A DNA stretch of 64,000 bases, taken from contig OZ024741.1 of NCBI GenBank assembly GCA_964016885.1, positions 109,492,001 through 109,556,000 on the forward strand. Direction: 5' to 3'. Of the stretch, positions 42,810 to 58,680 are shown one piece after another; positions within the stretch are counted from its first letter, which is position 1, and each line of letters begins with the position of its first letter. The notes beneath the pieces were generated by a model. That model saw only the letters and a program-made list of their open reading frames with translations, searched no databases and was not told the DNA's origin. The stretch is from Eledone cirrhosa. Lineage: Eukaryota. The translations under genes were made by a program, and so were the position numbers.

Positions 42810-43215
42810 TGTATGTATGTACATATATATGTACGTATATATATGTACATACGTATGTACATATATATGTACGTATATATATATATATGTACATATGTAT
42901 GTATGTACATATATATGTACGTATATATATATATATATGTACATATATATGTACGTATATATATATGTATATATGTATGTACATATATATGTACGTATAT
43001 ATATATATATGTACATATGTATGTACATATATATGTACGTATATTATATGTATATATGTATGTACATATATATGTACGTATATATATATATGTACATATG
43101 TATGTACATATATATGTACGTATATATATATATGTTCATATGTATGTATGTACATATATATGTACGTATATATATGTACATATGTATGTATGTACATATA
43201 TATGTACATATATAT
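42810..43215. repeat. Complex TA/TACA-derived minisatellite, about 40-bp period
   Basis: Recurring gtatgtacatatatatgtacgtatata. Confidence 0.85.
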
Positions 43216-43679
43216 GGGCTTATTTATAAATGTATGCTGTTATGACTGAAGCTGGTTTGTCGTTGCCTTTGCGTATGCATGTCGTGTGTGTATGTATGTG
43301 TGTGTTTGTATGTAATTGCGTGTGTATGATTATGTAAATGTATATGTGAGTGTATGTTTGCTCTCTGCAATAATGTTTAACGTGTGCATGTTTTATGTAT
43401 TAGAGTTAATTTATTAGATGTGTATGTACCAAATTACGTATGAATATACGTATGTATGTGTCTATGTATGTACGTATGTATGTATGTGTGTGTGTACATA
43501 TGTATGAGTACAATTGTGTATAAATGTGTAACCTTCAATGTGTTTGTGTGTAACCATGAGATTGTTTTACAATATGTATGTGTGACAATATACGTATGCT
43601 TGTCTGTATGGACGTGGGTTTGAGTATGTGTGTGTGTGTGTGAGTTTGTGTGTGTGTGTCACAAAGTACTACGTCGAAG

Positions 43680-43985
43680 AAGCGTGGCTTGGTGGTTAGG
43701 GCACTGGGAATACTATCGAAATGTCATGTGTTCGATTCCTCGACTGGGCACCTCGTTGTGTCTTTGCACAAGACACTTTATTTCCACTCAACTGGCAAAA
43801 GTGAGATGTACCTATAATTCAAAAGGTCGGCCAAATCACACACTGTGCCATGCGGAATCTCTTTAAAAACTACGTTAAGGGTACACGTGAGTCTTTGGAA
43901 TGCTCAGTCACTTGCGCTTTAATTTTATGAGCAGACAGTTCCGTTGATAGAACAACTGGGACACTCGTCGTCCGAACCGATGGAG
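43680..43985 (+). mobile_element. SINE family B, near full length
   Basis: A-box tggcttggtgg, B-box gttcgattcc, core tgtgtctttgcacaagacactttatttc. Confidence 0.8.
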
Positions 43986-46086
43986 ATCCTATACCCTACA
44001 CACATCATATTATACTAAGTAGTATATGTGTAACTATGTATTTATGTATTTTACTGTCTGTGTATATGTATGTATGTGTCAGTATACAAGTGTGTGTCTG
44101 CGTATGTACCTCAGTGTGATATGTTGTATGTGTTATATGTTGTATGCGTCCCTATGTGTATGAATATTCACGTGTATATGTGTTTACTTCTCTGTGTATC
44201 TCTGAGGGGGATTAGTGTTCTTGTGTTAGTCTTTACTAAATGCATCTTTTGGTTGTGTTTGTTGTCGTTGTTGTTTAACCCGAGATGAGCCCTGTGAGGC
44301 TATATAAACTGTGTCATCCTATTCCTTTCTCACGATAGTAGAAAGTGATTTAATAATGTAGATGAACGAGTAGAAGCATTTTCACAGGCACAGGTTTCTA
44401 TCCGTTTGTGTATTGTTATTCTTTTTTGTTGTTATTGCTGCACTTTTACCTTTGTGTACAGGTGAGTGCGAGTGTATGGTTATTTTTATTTCTAGGTCAG
44501 AGGTTATGCCTGCAAATCTATGATTAATGTCGGTAATAAACAAGTGTGCATGAACATTTTTTCCATATATAATTATACGTTTATTAATAACCAAAATAGT
44601 TAACAATGACTTTGGCTACAAAGTACATAAAATACCAAGCATCTTACAGAGGAGAGGAATTTGTTGGTAGATCGTAAAGAGCAATTAACTAGGGGTTATT
44701 ATAACGACCCTGAGAACAACGAAAAATAGAAACGATCTATGTAGGATTTAAACTTAGAACAGAAGGGGACGTAACTAAAAGATGTGTTTCATTTCGTTTT
44801 TCCCCTCTGAAGATTCTACTTCCGGTTAATTTTTGTTAGGGGTCTGATATTGCTGCGTGTGTTCAAGTGTTACGCGTTGAATGACATTAGCTATAGAAGG
44901 AAATCAAATGTGTAATCGAACACTTTAACGTATAACACAAGTGCGAGCATTACACTCATCATCCCCCACCCTAAAACCCCACCACTACTACCACCACCAC
45001 CACCACTAGATCCACCAATACCACCAGCACACGCACCACAACCTTTATTAATACTATCATCATTACTATCACCCTCAGCAACATTACCACAAATACCTGA
45101 ACCATCACCACCATCTTACTGCTATCACCACTGCAACCACGAACATAACCACTTCAACAATCACCATCTCTACTATCATTGCTATTTCCATCACCACCAC
45201 CTTCATTACGACCATCATCATCTCTTTCATTACGACCACTTTCATTCCCACCGCTACCTTACTACCACCACCAACAACAACAACACCAACAACCCCACTG
45301 CAACATGTACGATCCCCACCCCTCACAGACAAACATACAGGGACAAACACACACACACATACACACAACGTATTTCGTATCTCAGTTGCTACAATGATAA
45401 ATTCGATTTCCAATCACCAGGTCCTTGGTCCTAACCCTACATTTGCCCCAGCAAATAGTTATTTTTCCAAAGTTAATCATACACATTGGGTCGTCAAGTA
45501 TGAAATTTGTAGAAATTTGTAGAAAAAAAACAAATTTCTACAAATTTTATACTTGACGGCCCAATATAATTCAGTTGGTCATTTGTACATACATGCTGAA
45601 TATTTATGTAATTATAATCAGAAATAATATATTAAAATATGACTTTTATGTTCAACCAATTCCACGTGTCAGTAATGAACATAAACTATAACGGTACTCT
45701 AATAAAAACAATACATTTATCAAAACTTAAATTTCCCAGTTTGTATGAGTTTTCATATAACAAGTAATGTTATATATGGCCTTCCAAATTGAACACCAAA
45801 AGTTTAAATAAATTTATTCCTATTGCCGTCATTACTCACGGCACGGATCCATTAGAATGATCTCAAAGAGTTAATGGAATTACAAATATGAGACACACTA
45901 TGATATTTTAGAAAGGTCCATTCCTGAAATCGTATATTTTGAGTGGGAAATGACCTCAACATTTCTTATTCTGTTTCTAATAATATTAATTTACTTTGAA
46001 GAAAATCACAAACGGGGCATACTAAGGGAAGAAATGCATTTATTATGTCGACTGCTGTTCTCAGATTTCATATGTATGAGTATTTG

Positions 46087-46143
<57 letters not shown>

Positions 46144-46223
46144 ATGTGTATGTATATTTATATTTATATAGTATATGTATATATACATATATATATATGT
46201 CTTTCTCTCTCTCTCTCTCTCTC

Positions 46224-46320
<97 letters not shown>

Positions 46321-46645
46321 TTCTCTTTCTCTCTCTGTCTCTCTCTGTCTCTCTGTCTCTCTCTCTCTCTCTCTCTGTTGTGCTCCACTTGTGTTCCAGC
46401 CAATCCTTACCACCTCTCGTGAACATGCATGCGTGGTATAAAATCATATATCAACAGGGATATACGGAACTCTGGTGGGGCAATAATTCAAATAGTTGCA
46501 TTGTATCCTGTCATAATTAGCTGGCGGAGAGTATCATATGCAATATATAAAATATATATATTCCGTTAGTTCATATACCGTCCGTATACACACGCACCCG
46601 CACATTGACGCACAAAAAAAAAAAAAAAAAAGTATATATATATAT

Positions 46646-46711
<66 letters not shown>

Positions 46712-46765
46712 ATATAAATGTATAGAGAGAGAGATAGATAGATATAGATAGATAGATATATATGC

Positions 46766-46863
<98 letters not shown>

Positions 46864-46892
46864 TTATATAGTAAATATACTTTTATATACAA

Positions 46893-46980
46893 CTAGACCA
46901 ACCGTGACCCATTGGGTCACGTTTACTTCAAAATCTTTTTAAAAAATCCTGTATATTGTGAAATGAAACTGGAAGGCCAA
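46893..46980 (-). mobile_element. Helitron 3'-end remnant
   Basis: Perfect hairpin cgtgaccc-att-gggtcacg next to CTAG|T on minus. Confidence 0.5.
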
Positions 46981-47244
46981 TATATATACGTGTGTGTATG
47001 TATATATGTATAAATGTGTATATGTATACACATACACATATATATGTATGTGTGTGTGTGTGTATATATATATGGGTGTCTGTGATCTATATACAATGGT
47101 TATAGACACACACACACTCACACATATATATATATATATATATATACAACACCACCAGCTCTCTCTCTCTCTCTCTTCCAATCTCCTTCTCTGTCTCCTC
47201 TACCTCTTTCCATGTCTCTATTTTAATCTACTCTCTCACAACCA

Positions 47245-47306
<62 letters not shown>

Positions 47307-47310
47307 TCTG

Positions 47311-47342
<32 letters not shown>

Positions 47343-47669
47343 ATGAAGGTACCCAGAAAACACTCATATTTCGGGATCCCGCGCTCCGCTTTACGCGAAA
47401 CTTGTTTTATTCCATTTGTATTCCCATTTCAGGGTCAACTTCCTTTCAAAGTAGTTTTCCATTATGCGCCCTTTTGGCTGCATTACATTACAAGCAAGCA
47501 ATCACAGAGTTTTAGTTGTATATAGATAGGATTCCACAGTTATATAGAAATTACATCTACGTAACCAGAACAGTTAAATTCGTTTGAAATCATCAGGATT
47601 TCATACGAATTAAATAGTTCTAGTCCTGTAGAAGCAATCTCTATATAAAATAAATAATACTATCGCGAA

Positions 47670-48010
47670 TACAAGTGACCGATATAGGATTTCTCCAAAG
47701 GTTCTTTGGAATAACATTACTCGATAAAGTATGTAACTCGGAGATCAGAGAGTCACTCCTGGCAGAGCCGCTACTTCTCCGAATTGAGAAATCACAGGTA
47801 CAATACTATGGGCATGGGGTTAGAATGTCTCAGGAAAGAATCGCTGGACAGAATTCACAGGCGAAAACCAACCGGCAAGAGAGCCAGGGGTACACCCCAA
47901 TCAAGATGGTTGTATATCATCCATGAGCTTGGCTGGTCTCTGTTGGTGGAAACACTTGCTTCTGACATGACTCGCTGCAAGGGGTGTTTGAAGACTCTGT
48001 CCCCACGACC
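47670..48010 (+). pseudogene. RTE LINE 3' fragment
   Basis: FLQRFFGITLLDKVCNSEIRE..LRIEKSQVQYYGH.VRM; GKRARGTP.SRW. Confidence 0.8.
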
Positions 48011-48223
48011 CTCTCATCCATTACCAAGTGCAATAAATCTCAATGATTTAAACCCGAATGAAAATTATAGAGCTTAATAATAAAATTTAGGTGAATAACC
48101 AAAGTGTTTATAGAGTTCAAATCGATTTATTTATTTAACTTTTATTATTCAACAAAATTGAAATATATATGCGAGTGTGTGTGTGTGTGTTAGTGTGTTA
48201 GTGTGTGTGTGTGTGTTAGTGTG

Positions 48224-48270
<47 letters not shown>

Positions 48271-48791
48271 TCAACATGCTGCTAGTCATCAACCCACTTT
48301 TTTAAAAACCCACCTATTTTACTTTCTAACATTCCAAACCTATAATTGTTGTTTATTCCTATTAGTCCTTTAGGGCTAACAGACATCCTCACATTTAAAT
48401 ACGTAAATAGTTAGATACAATAATGAATTACAGCTGAATATTATGAGGATATGATTTGTATCTTATACCGATTACACTGCGTACCTCTTATTCACAAGTG
48501 TAATAATATACGCGGGTATGCATGAGTTATTATATATATTTATACATGTGAATACACATTTGCATGCGTAATTCAAATTACTAATCCACCAGTCGGAAGT
48601 CACTTTCCTAAACCAACACTGTTTATTACGGTGACTCTTAAACATTAAGTAACGTAATTATACTTAGTCACGCTGTAACACAGGACATAAAGTAAACAGA
48701 TTACTTTATACCTAACTACACTTCTCTCAAAAAGTTACTCCGCATTTTCGTTTTGAATTTACCGCTGGCCATGTTAATTCCGCACACAGAT

Positions 48792-48836
48792 ATGAAGCTG
48801 CTTTGTGTTCTGCTCCTGATTCTCTGTTATATCAGA
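48792..48836 (+). CDS. Candidate signal-peptide exon MKLLCVLLLILCYIR
   Basis: acag acceptor 2 nt before ATG; hydrophobic h-region; gtgagt donor at 48837 (alternative gtaact at 48841). Confidence 0.4.
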
Positions 48837-48859
48837 GTGAGTAACTTGATTGATAATAA

Positions 48860-48981
48860 TAATTGTTTCTAGTTTTGGCACAAGGCCAGCAATTACGCCA
48901 GTGCATTACTGGTACTTTATTTTATCGACCACGTAAGGATGAAAGGCAAAGCCAACCTTGGCGGGATTTGAACTCAGAACG
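48860..48981 (-). mobile_element. SINE family A, 5'-truncated
   Basis: Matches 16800-16942; flanked by gataataataat repeats. Confidence 0.75.
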
Positions 48982-50062
48982 ATAATAATAATGAACTTAC
49001 CTATTTCACATCTATTAATGCAAAAACTACTTAATTACTGTATTGGGTTTTGGATTGTTTGGTTTTCTCTCTCCGTATGTTGCAGCATGTCACCAATGTA
49101 AGGTTGTTTTTCCAACACTTACACGAAATACTGCCTTATCCTTCATAACACTACAAAAATACTACTTCACTATAACTACACCCTATTCTTCTACCCACTT
49201 TGCCTGCTTTTCTCATTGCTTGCCTATATTCAGTACTTGCTTATGTTCTTGATACGTGTTTGTGGTGAATTAAATCACTCTAAATGCCCTTGATGACGTG
49301 CAGGTATGTTTGTATATTGTGTGAATAATAGTGAATTAATTAAAACTGATTGATTCGTTTTCTGCATAGTTATGCATGCGTCTCATCTGTATAGAAACAA
49401 TTGTAGAGATTAAAGATTGATTTAATTTAAAGACCTTGGTTTTCTTCAATTTAAATATATATATAAATATATTAAGAACATTCAATACAAACATTAACTA
49501 AAATATAACTTAACATATGCAATGGATGAGAAATCAGTAACTGTCATATTCTACACACATACAAATTTGAACTATACAGAAAATATCATCGATTTACATC
49601 CTCCATAATACACTAACATATTCGCTTAAAGTATAATGCATAACTATGCAAAAAACGAATCAATCAGTTTTAATTAATTCGCTATTATTCACACAATATA
49701 CAAACATACCTGCATGTAATACCTTGCCATACAGTACTCATATATGCCTAATACATTTGCTTCTTTCCTTCCCATATATATGACTAACGCATGTACAATC
49801 TCTACACGCTTAAATACTTCTTTCTCAATGCCTCTCTAATTATTAGACTATTCTCTTCTATTATCTGTCGCATGTATTCCACTCTGTGCTTTTAATTTGA
49901 ATTTGAATTTGAATTTGAATTATTGTACAATTCTCGTATAATATATGTCGCATCCATTACACCCTATATATACTAAACTGTTGTTCACAACATCAATATA
50001 TATGTATCTATATGATTCTTCAGTTGAATAGGAGGTTAATTATATGTACAAATATTGATAAT

Positions 50063-50107
50063 GCTCCGATGATTCCAAACTAAAGTTTGGAAGAAACATT
50101 TGTCAGC
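50063..50107 (+). ncRNA. Hammerhead motif with U4-to-C core change
   Basis: gct CCGATGA ttccaaac-taaa-gtttggaa GAAA catttg TC agc. Confidence 0.55.
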
Positions 50108-50287
50108 GATTAAATGATTTGAACATAACTTTGATACTTGTGTAATTTATATTCCTGCTCTGTAAAACAACTGATGTTCTTACATTGAGCTATTTCTCTT
50201 AATTGTAATAAGGTAGTAATAAATTACTGACCTTTCCTGTTTATAGTTGTTTATAGTATAGTATATACATAACTATAAATAGTATCT

Positions 50288-50320
<33 letters not shown>

Positions 50321-50439
50321 ATGGCATATATGTAAAAATAAACACAGTAAATTGTGTGTCTAAAATTACGAGGGTTGAAATACCACATTGGTTTGATAAG
50401 TTTAACACCTGAAGCAAATGGAAAGTATAGAATAGATAT

Positions 50440-50523
<84 letters not shown>

Positions 50524-50860
50524 GAAACTAGATATAGGTAGTAACTTAATTACTACCATGCTAGTCGATACATCGATCTCCACCGTTCAATCGACCCCCT
50601 GAGACGATCGTAAAACAACGAACTAACTCTCTACCTACACCTGGCTTCTGCTTTTTTTTTGTTGTTCTTTTTTTGTTTCGTTTTTTTTTTCAAACAAACA
50701 TATGTGTAAATTACTCTGTAACTCGGACTGATTTTCTTAAAGGATACCTTAGATCACCGATCACAAGAACTACTGGTCACAATGGCGATTCTCGCCACAA
50801 TCATCCGTCCTAGGATACATTGAGTTCTATATCAGTCCCCCAACACTAACAGGTAGACTC

Positions 50861-51004
<144 letters not shown>

Positions 51005-51580
51005 TAAATATACTTTCATAAACTTAACATGTATGCGCGATCATTGGTTTCGGGGTCCAGTTATGGCCACTACTGTATATAGTGAAGGAGATTCTTCAAA
51101 CCTGGCCTCTCATCAAGGGTTCAGACAAAAGTACGAAAAGGAATCTTCTTTAGCCGACTATATTTGGTTTTAAACAGTGGAGAGTATCATTTCGGAAACA
51201 AAGGAGGTAATTCCGGAGTGTTTGATCTTTCAGCTTTAATTTATCTGTGTGTAGTATAGTATAATATTTAAGTATAAGTTATACGTTTAGATTATGTATA
51301 GCTCAGCCGCTATCCAATCACTCAATAAATTTACAGAAATCGCATGTTGTAAATACGAATCTGCAATTCAGAATATACACAATACGTTAAACAGTGGTTA
51401 GACAGCTTATTAGGGGAACAGTTATACTGCTCCGAACTGTAACAGTTTCATTACTCTGTCCTATATGAGCCGAATGAATTGCAATTGCTGCATGTAGAAG
51501 TCATTCGATTTTGTATAAAAGGTTAGAAAGATCTTATGATTAGGATTAACGGGGTAAATCGTCGGCGGAGTTCAGCTAGC

Positions 51581-51644
<64 letters not shown>

Positions 51645-51832
51645 TCACACTTATCGATATGAGAAATACACATACGAAGCTCTCTCTTTGTTCGTATGTA
51701 TATTGTATATATGTACGTAGTTGTTAACATATATATTTACAAATATATAAATTTATACTCCATATACTCTCTCTCTCTCTCTTTCTCTCTCGCTCTCTCT
51801 CTCTCTCTCTCTCATTGTATATATATAGAGAT

Positions 51833-51927
<95 letters not shown>

Positions 51928-52542
51928 CATAGATTGATAGATAGATACATACATACATGCATACATACATGCATACATACATATATACATACGTACGTAC
52001 GCACAATGTTTCAGGATTCTCGCTGTAGATGGGGAATATTCCGTTGGGATCTTTTCATAATCTTTTTTCTAAAGTTTTGACAAGTTAATCCTCAGGAATT
52101 CAAGATCAAAGATGCCGCCATTTCTAATCAACTCCACCCGTCCCCTCACGTTTCCAAGAACTATTTAGATCCCAAGTAGATATAGCTTTCTTTTTAATAA
52201 AAAAAAAATATATATATATTCATACATACATACGCACATACACATACACACAAACAGATATATATTTGTGAGTGTGTATGTATGTATACACTACCCTACT
52301 CTACCCCCCCCCCCTCCCACAAATAGGAGGTGGAGTCTATGGTTTTAGAATACCGCATTATTTCTTTCTAACTTTTTTCTTTTGCAAATATTCGTCTGAA
52401 TTCTTCAAATCGTCTTGTGAATTCTTTTATTCAAACCATTTCCTCTAAATATTCCTAAGCATTCATTCTTCTTCTTCTTCTTCTTCTTCTTCTTCTTCTT
52501 CTTCTTCTTCTTCTTCTTCTTCTTCTTCTTTTTCTTCTTCTT

Positions 52543-52617
<75 letters not shown>

Positions 52618-52623
52618 GTTATT

Positions 52624-54680
52624 GTTATTCCTTGAATCTCAGTCATTGATGTTGGTTAACTGGAAAGTCCGTTGGATTGAATATCAAGCCACTACCTGCA
52701 GCCTCAGATATTCAGGACGTATCGGAGGGTTCTTGCCGTTCCAAGCAAGCATGCCTTTTGAAGCGTTCCAAAAAGCGTGAAGGGGCCGATTTTCTTTAAC
52801 CATCCCTGGAAACCTTTGGAGATAGTCCCCAGTGCGCCTATGACAATCGGGATCACTTTGACTTCATGGCAGTTCCAAATCCTTTTCACCTCCCACTTTA
52901 GGTCCTGGTATCGGTTAATTTTCTCCCTCTCCTTCTCTTGCACTCTCGTGTCGAACGGGCAGGCCACATCCACAATCAGGCACGATCTTTTTTCTTTGTC
53001 CACAACCACCAGGTCAGGTCTATTGTGTTCCAGTTTTTTGTCCGTCTGTATCCTAAAATCCCACAGCACCTTCACCTGACTGTTCTCCATCACCGCCTCT
53101 GGCCCATGCTCATACCATTTCTCAGAATGTGGTAGATTGTTTACTTTGCACAGGTGCCAGTGGATCACCCTGCCCATCACATCGTGTCTCCAGCCCTTAT
53201 AGTGGGTCTGGGCTAGGTGTTTACACTCGGACACAATGTGAGCCACAGTCTCCTCTCTCTCTCCACAGATCCTGCACAGTGGGCTAGCCTCCTCCTTGTA
53301 GATATGGTGCTTCAACCACTTCGTTTTGAGGGCCTGCTCCTGCGCAGCCATTAGCATTCCTTCTGTAGCCTTTTTGAGGTCTCCTCTTCTCAACCAGTTC
53401 CATGTCTGTGGATCTCTAAATTCAGTTTTCTCAAAGAAGGTACTATGGAGGGATTTTCCCTTAAGGCTGCTCTTCCTCCTTGATGTTATTTCCTCCTTGG
53501 GTATCCCCTGGCCTACTGTCCCCTCCTTCAGTACAGCTCTGAGCATTGGCTCCTTACTATAGGTCACGTATTTGTATAGGTTGTTTTTCTCCATCTGAAC
53601 ACAGTCCTCTATGCTGATAAGACCTCTTCCACCCTCAGATCTCCTTAGGTAGAGTCTATCGACATCACTCCTCTTGTGGAACATGTTGTAGATAGTCAAT
53701 AGCTTCCTAGTCTTCCTATCCATTTCTTTTTGTTCAGCAACATTCCATCTCAGAATTCCCGCACTGTACCTAATAATAGACACAGCTCGGGAATTTACTG
53801 CGCTTATGGCATTTCTGCTGTTCAGATGTGACTTCAATACGCTCCTTACTCTCCGAATGTATTCAGTTCTTAACAATTCCTTCATTTTTTTGTTCTTTAT
53901 GCCATCAGCCTCCAGAACGCCCAAATACTTGTATCCTTCCTCAGAGTCAATTTCCTTTATCATCTCACCTGTTGGTATCTGGATCCCGTTACTTCTGCTC
54001 AGCCTACCCCTCCTCATCACAATGACTCCACATTTAGCAATACCAAACTGCATACATATATCACTGCTGAAAATACGGACAGTGTCAACAAGCACATCCA
54101 ACTCCTTCTCACTTTTCCCGAAGAGCTTAAGATCGTCCATGAAGAGGAGGTGATTGATGGTAAGCTCTCCCCTTCCCAACTTGTATCCTGCTCTCACTTT
54201 TCGCAGCATAATGGTCAAGGGCATCAGGGCAAGGACAAACAACAGAGGGGACAGGCTATCTCCCTGGAAGATACCTCTCTTGATCTTCGCGCTTCCCAAG
54301 GATACTCCAGTTGATGTCAACTCTGTCTCCCAGGAGCCCATACTCCTGCCCAGCAACTGTCTGATGTTATCTGCCACCCTGAAGATCTCCAGGCTTTTGG
54401 TGATCCAGGAATGAGGCACCATGTCAAATGCCTTTCTGTAGTCTATCCATCCCATGGCAAGATCAGTGTGTCTCCTCCTGCAATTCCCCATTACCATCTT
54501 ATCAATAAGCAACTGGTCCTTTGTACCACGTGACTTCTTTCGGCATCCTTTCTGTTCGTCCGGCAACAAGTTGTTTGTGTGGAGGTGATGGTAGATTTCC
54601 TCAGACACAATGCTCGTCAACAGTTTCCACATTACGGGCAGACATGTGATAGGTCTGTTTCCACATTACGGGCAGACATG
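52624..54680 (-). mobile_element. R4/Dong-clade non-LTR retrotransposon, 5'-truncated, in an (AAT)n tract
   Basis: (ATT)n on both flanks (52571-52620, 54681-54763); Dong elements are known to target TAA repeats. Confidence 0.88.
52704..54655 (-). CDS. RT plus CCHC plus restriction-like endonuclease, uninterrupted but N-truncated
   Basis: [90 protein letters not shown]. Confidence 0.92.
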
Positions 54681-54765
<85 letters not shown>

Positions 54766-56689
54766 CTCTCTAAATGGCATTCTTCATTATTTTCTGCTTC
54801 CAAATATTTCACTAACATCACGTAAGAATTGATTCTTGTGTTGCATGCGACCAATTCCTGAACGGCGAATTCGCAGTTAAAATTCGGATCAAATGCATTG
54901 CAATATTATTTGTTTAAACTGTTTGTACTAGAGGTTCCAATCCTACAGTAGTTACAGTTGTCTTCCCTTTTTTTGTTGGTGGATTTCCAGAATCGGTAGG
55001 GAGTTGGACAAGATACCTGGTGGTTGTTCGGTTTTTCTGAGTTTTTGAGTTGATATAATCCGTCATCCGATTTAGCACGAAGACCTGGTCACTGAGTGCC
55101 TCTAAAAGAGACGTAACGATTCTGTACCTAGCATCATTCGAACCACATCTACGGTTTGGAGGTAGCTTTTACCATTACCCCACGAGTCTCAGATGCCCTG
55201 AAAAATTACAGGTCTATGAGTGCTGTCCTTCCATCTCTGAATAAAAGGATCAAAAGTAATTTCCTCGGTTTCTTAATAATCCAGCTAGTATTTCTATTCA
55301 CAATCACGATCATTCTGGACTTCTTATATCGAGAGGGCGCAACCTGGTCGCTCACCGTGCTAAAAATTATAGCTAATCCTGTTTCATATCAAACTTTAAA
55401 ATTAAAAACATAACACAGACCCGTTGATCTAGTTCCATATAATAGTGTGATTAGGGATGGAACATCATTTAGTATGTGTGTACCCGATCATATTTCACCT
55501 GCGCTAACCAACAAAAACGGCGTTAACTGATACATGTTTCATTGGAAACTTAGAATCGTTTCATAAAAAAAAAAAAAAAAAGTTATAGAAATCAGGGACA
55601 CAATTAATCGGCAGTAGCCAAACCTTCATCTATAAATTCCCGCCCTTTGTAATTGGCAGATATATGAAACAGCAATACAGTCATTTGACCTATTCAAATG
55701 TAGCTACACATTTTACAAAACGAACACCTTTTATTCCAGACAATAAAAGCCTCCTGTCAATAAACTGATTTTTATGTAGTCACTTGGTCTACTGAATCGA
55801 ATTTCGAATTTCTGATGTCGAAGGATCTGATCACAAGAGCATCCGTTTTCTTTAAAACGCTGACCACAAGAGACCCTCATGGAATCTGTTCAATACAACA
55901 CAGAAAGGGCTTCAACAATTACTCCACCTTCTTAAAAATAGGAATCACAAGAGACAACGTAAAACCTACTTTATAAATCAACCAAAACCTTCCCTATCAA
56001 ACACTTTGCCATAATTTAATCAGGAGCTGCATGATACGTCTAGGGACCTGTCCAATGTCACATTGGTGTTAATGTTGATGTGGTGGTTGTGTTGGTGGAG
56101 GTGGTGGTGGTTATAGTGGTGGGGGTTGGGTGGAGGTGATGTTGGTGGAAGTGATGCTCGTGATAATAGTATTTGTGATGGTGGTGGTGATGATGTTGGT
56201 GATAGTGATGGTGGCGATGGTGGTAGTAGTGGCGGTTGTGCTGTGTTGTGTTGAAGGTAGTAGTGGTGTTGGTGTTGGAGGTGTTGGTGGTGACGGTGTT
56301 GGTGGTGGCAATGTTGGATGTGGTGGTGTTAGTGTTGGTGTTGGTGGTGTTAGAGGTGACGGTGTTGGTTGTGGTGGTTATGGTGGTGACAATGTTGGTT
56401 GTGGTAGTGGTGGCAATAGTAATGATGAACCTAGTTATGGTGGTAGTATTGGTTATGAGGATAGGTTGGAAATATTTCTTTCGTTTCCATATTTCTTTCA
56501 TAATCCCCCGATTACTTAAATCTGGCATATGTCAGTTGTTCTGTACAAAATTTGATTTTTATTTAGACACACAGACAGATACCGCCTCAAACATTACCAC
56601 TAACGTCACAACCACCACCTCTATCACTGCCATAACAACCACTATTACCACTACTGCCAAACCCATCACTCCCACAACTATCATCATCA

Positions 56690-58680
56690 CTAACAACCCC
56701 ACCACCACAACCCCCGCCATCATTACCACCTCCATACCAAATACCATCACCACTAACAACCCCACCACCACAACCCCCGCCATCATTACCACCTCCATAC
56801 CAACTACCATCACCACTACCAGCTCCACCATCACTACTACAACCCCATCCCAAATACCATCACCACTACCAACGCCACCACCACAACCCCGGCCATCATT
56901 ACCACCTCCATACCAACTACCATCACCACTACCAACTACCATTACTACTACAACCCCATCCCAACTACCATCACCACTACCAACTACCATCACTACTACA
57001 ACCCCATCCCAACTACCATCACCACTACCAACTACCATCACTACTACAACCCCATCCCAACTACCATCACCACTACCAACGCCACCACCACAACCCCGGC
57101 CATCATTACCACCTCCATACCAACTACCATCACCACTACCAACTACCATCACTACTACAACCCCATCCCAACTACCATCACCACTACCAACTACCATCAC
57201 TACTACAACCCCATCCCAACTACCATCACCACTACCAACGCCACCACCACAACCCCGGCCATCATTACCACCTCCATACCAACTACCATCACCACTACCA
57301 ACTACCATCACTACTACAACCCCATCCCAACTACCATCACCACTACCAACTACCATCACTACTACAACCCCATCCCAACTACCATCACCACTACCAACTA
57401 CCATCACTACTACAACCCCATCCCAACTACCATCACCACTACCAACTACCATCACTACTACAACCCCATCCCAACTACCATCACCACTACCAACTACCAT
57501 CACTACTACAACCCCATCCCAACTACCATCACCACTACCAACTACCATCACTACTACAACCCCATCCCAACTACCATCACCACTACCAACTACCATCACT
57601 ACTACAACCCCATCCCAACTACCATCACCACTACCAACTACCATCACTACTACAACCCCATCCCAACTACCATCACCACTACCAACGCCACCACCACAAC
57701 CCCGGCCATCATTACCACCTCCATACCAACTACCATCACCACTACCAACTACCATCACTACTACAACCCCATCCCAACTACCATCACCACTACCAACTAC
57801 CATCACTACTACAACCCCATCCCAACTACCATCACCACTACCAACTACCATCACTACTACAACCCCATCCCAAATACCATCACCACTACCAACGCCACCA
57901 CCACAACCCCGGCCATCATTACCACCTCCATACCAACTACCATCACCACTACCAACTACCATCACTACTACAACCCCATCCCAACTACCATCACCACTAC
58001 CAACTACCATCACTACTACAACCCCATCCCAACTACCATCACCACTACCAACTACCATCACTACTACAACCCCATCCCAAATACCATCACCACTACCAAC
58101 GCCACCACCACAACCCCGGCCATCATTACCACCTCCATACCAACTACCATCACCACTACCAACTACCATTACTACTACAACCCCATCCCAACTACCATCA
58201 CCACTACCAACTACCATCACTACTACAACCCCATCCCAACTACCATCACCACTACCAACTACCATCACTACTACAACCCCATCCCAACTACCATCACCAC
58301 TACCAACTACCATCACTACTACAACCCCATCCCAAATACCATCACCACTACCAACGCCACCACCACAACCCCGGCCATCATTACCACCTCCATACCAACT
58401 ACCATCACCACTACCAACTACCATCACTACTACAACCCCATCCCAACTACCATCACCACTACCAACTACCATCACTACTACAACCCCATCCCAACTACCA
58501 TCACCACTACCAACTACCATCACTACTACAACCCCATCCCAAATACCATCACCACTACCAACGCCACCACCACAACCCCGGCCATCATTACCACCTCCAT
58601 ACCAACTACCATCACCACTACCAACTACCATTACTACTACAACCCCATCCCAACTACCATCACCACTACCAGCTCCACCA
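56690..58680. repeat. Higher-order minisatellite of 48-bp and 63-bp units, flanked by (ACC)-like low-complexity DNA
   Basis: Units translate QLPSPLPTTITTTTPS and QLPSPLPTPPPQPRPSLPPPY; near-identical copies. Confidence 0.95.

Noticed and set aside
43680-43750. tRNA genes at SINE heads (also 13906, 61735)
   Set aside because: A/B boxes present but no complete cloverleaf; followed by SINE bodies
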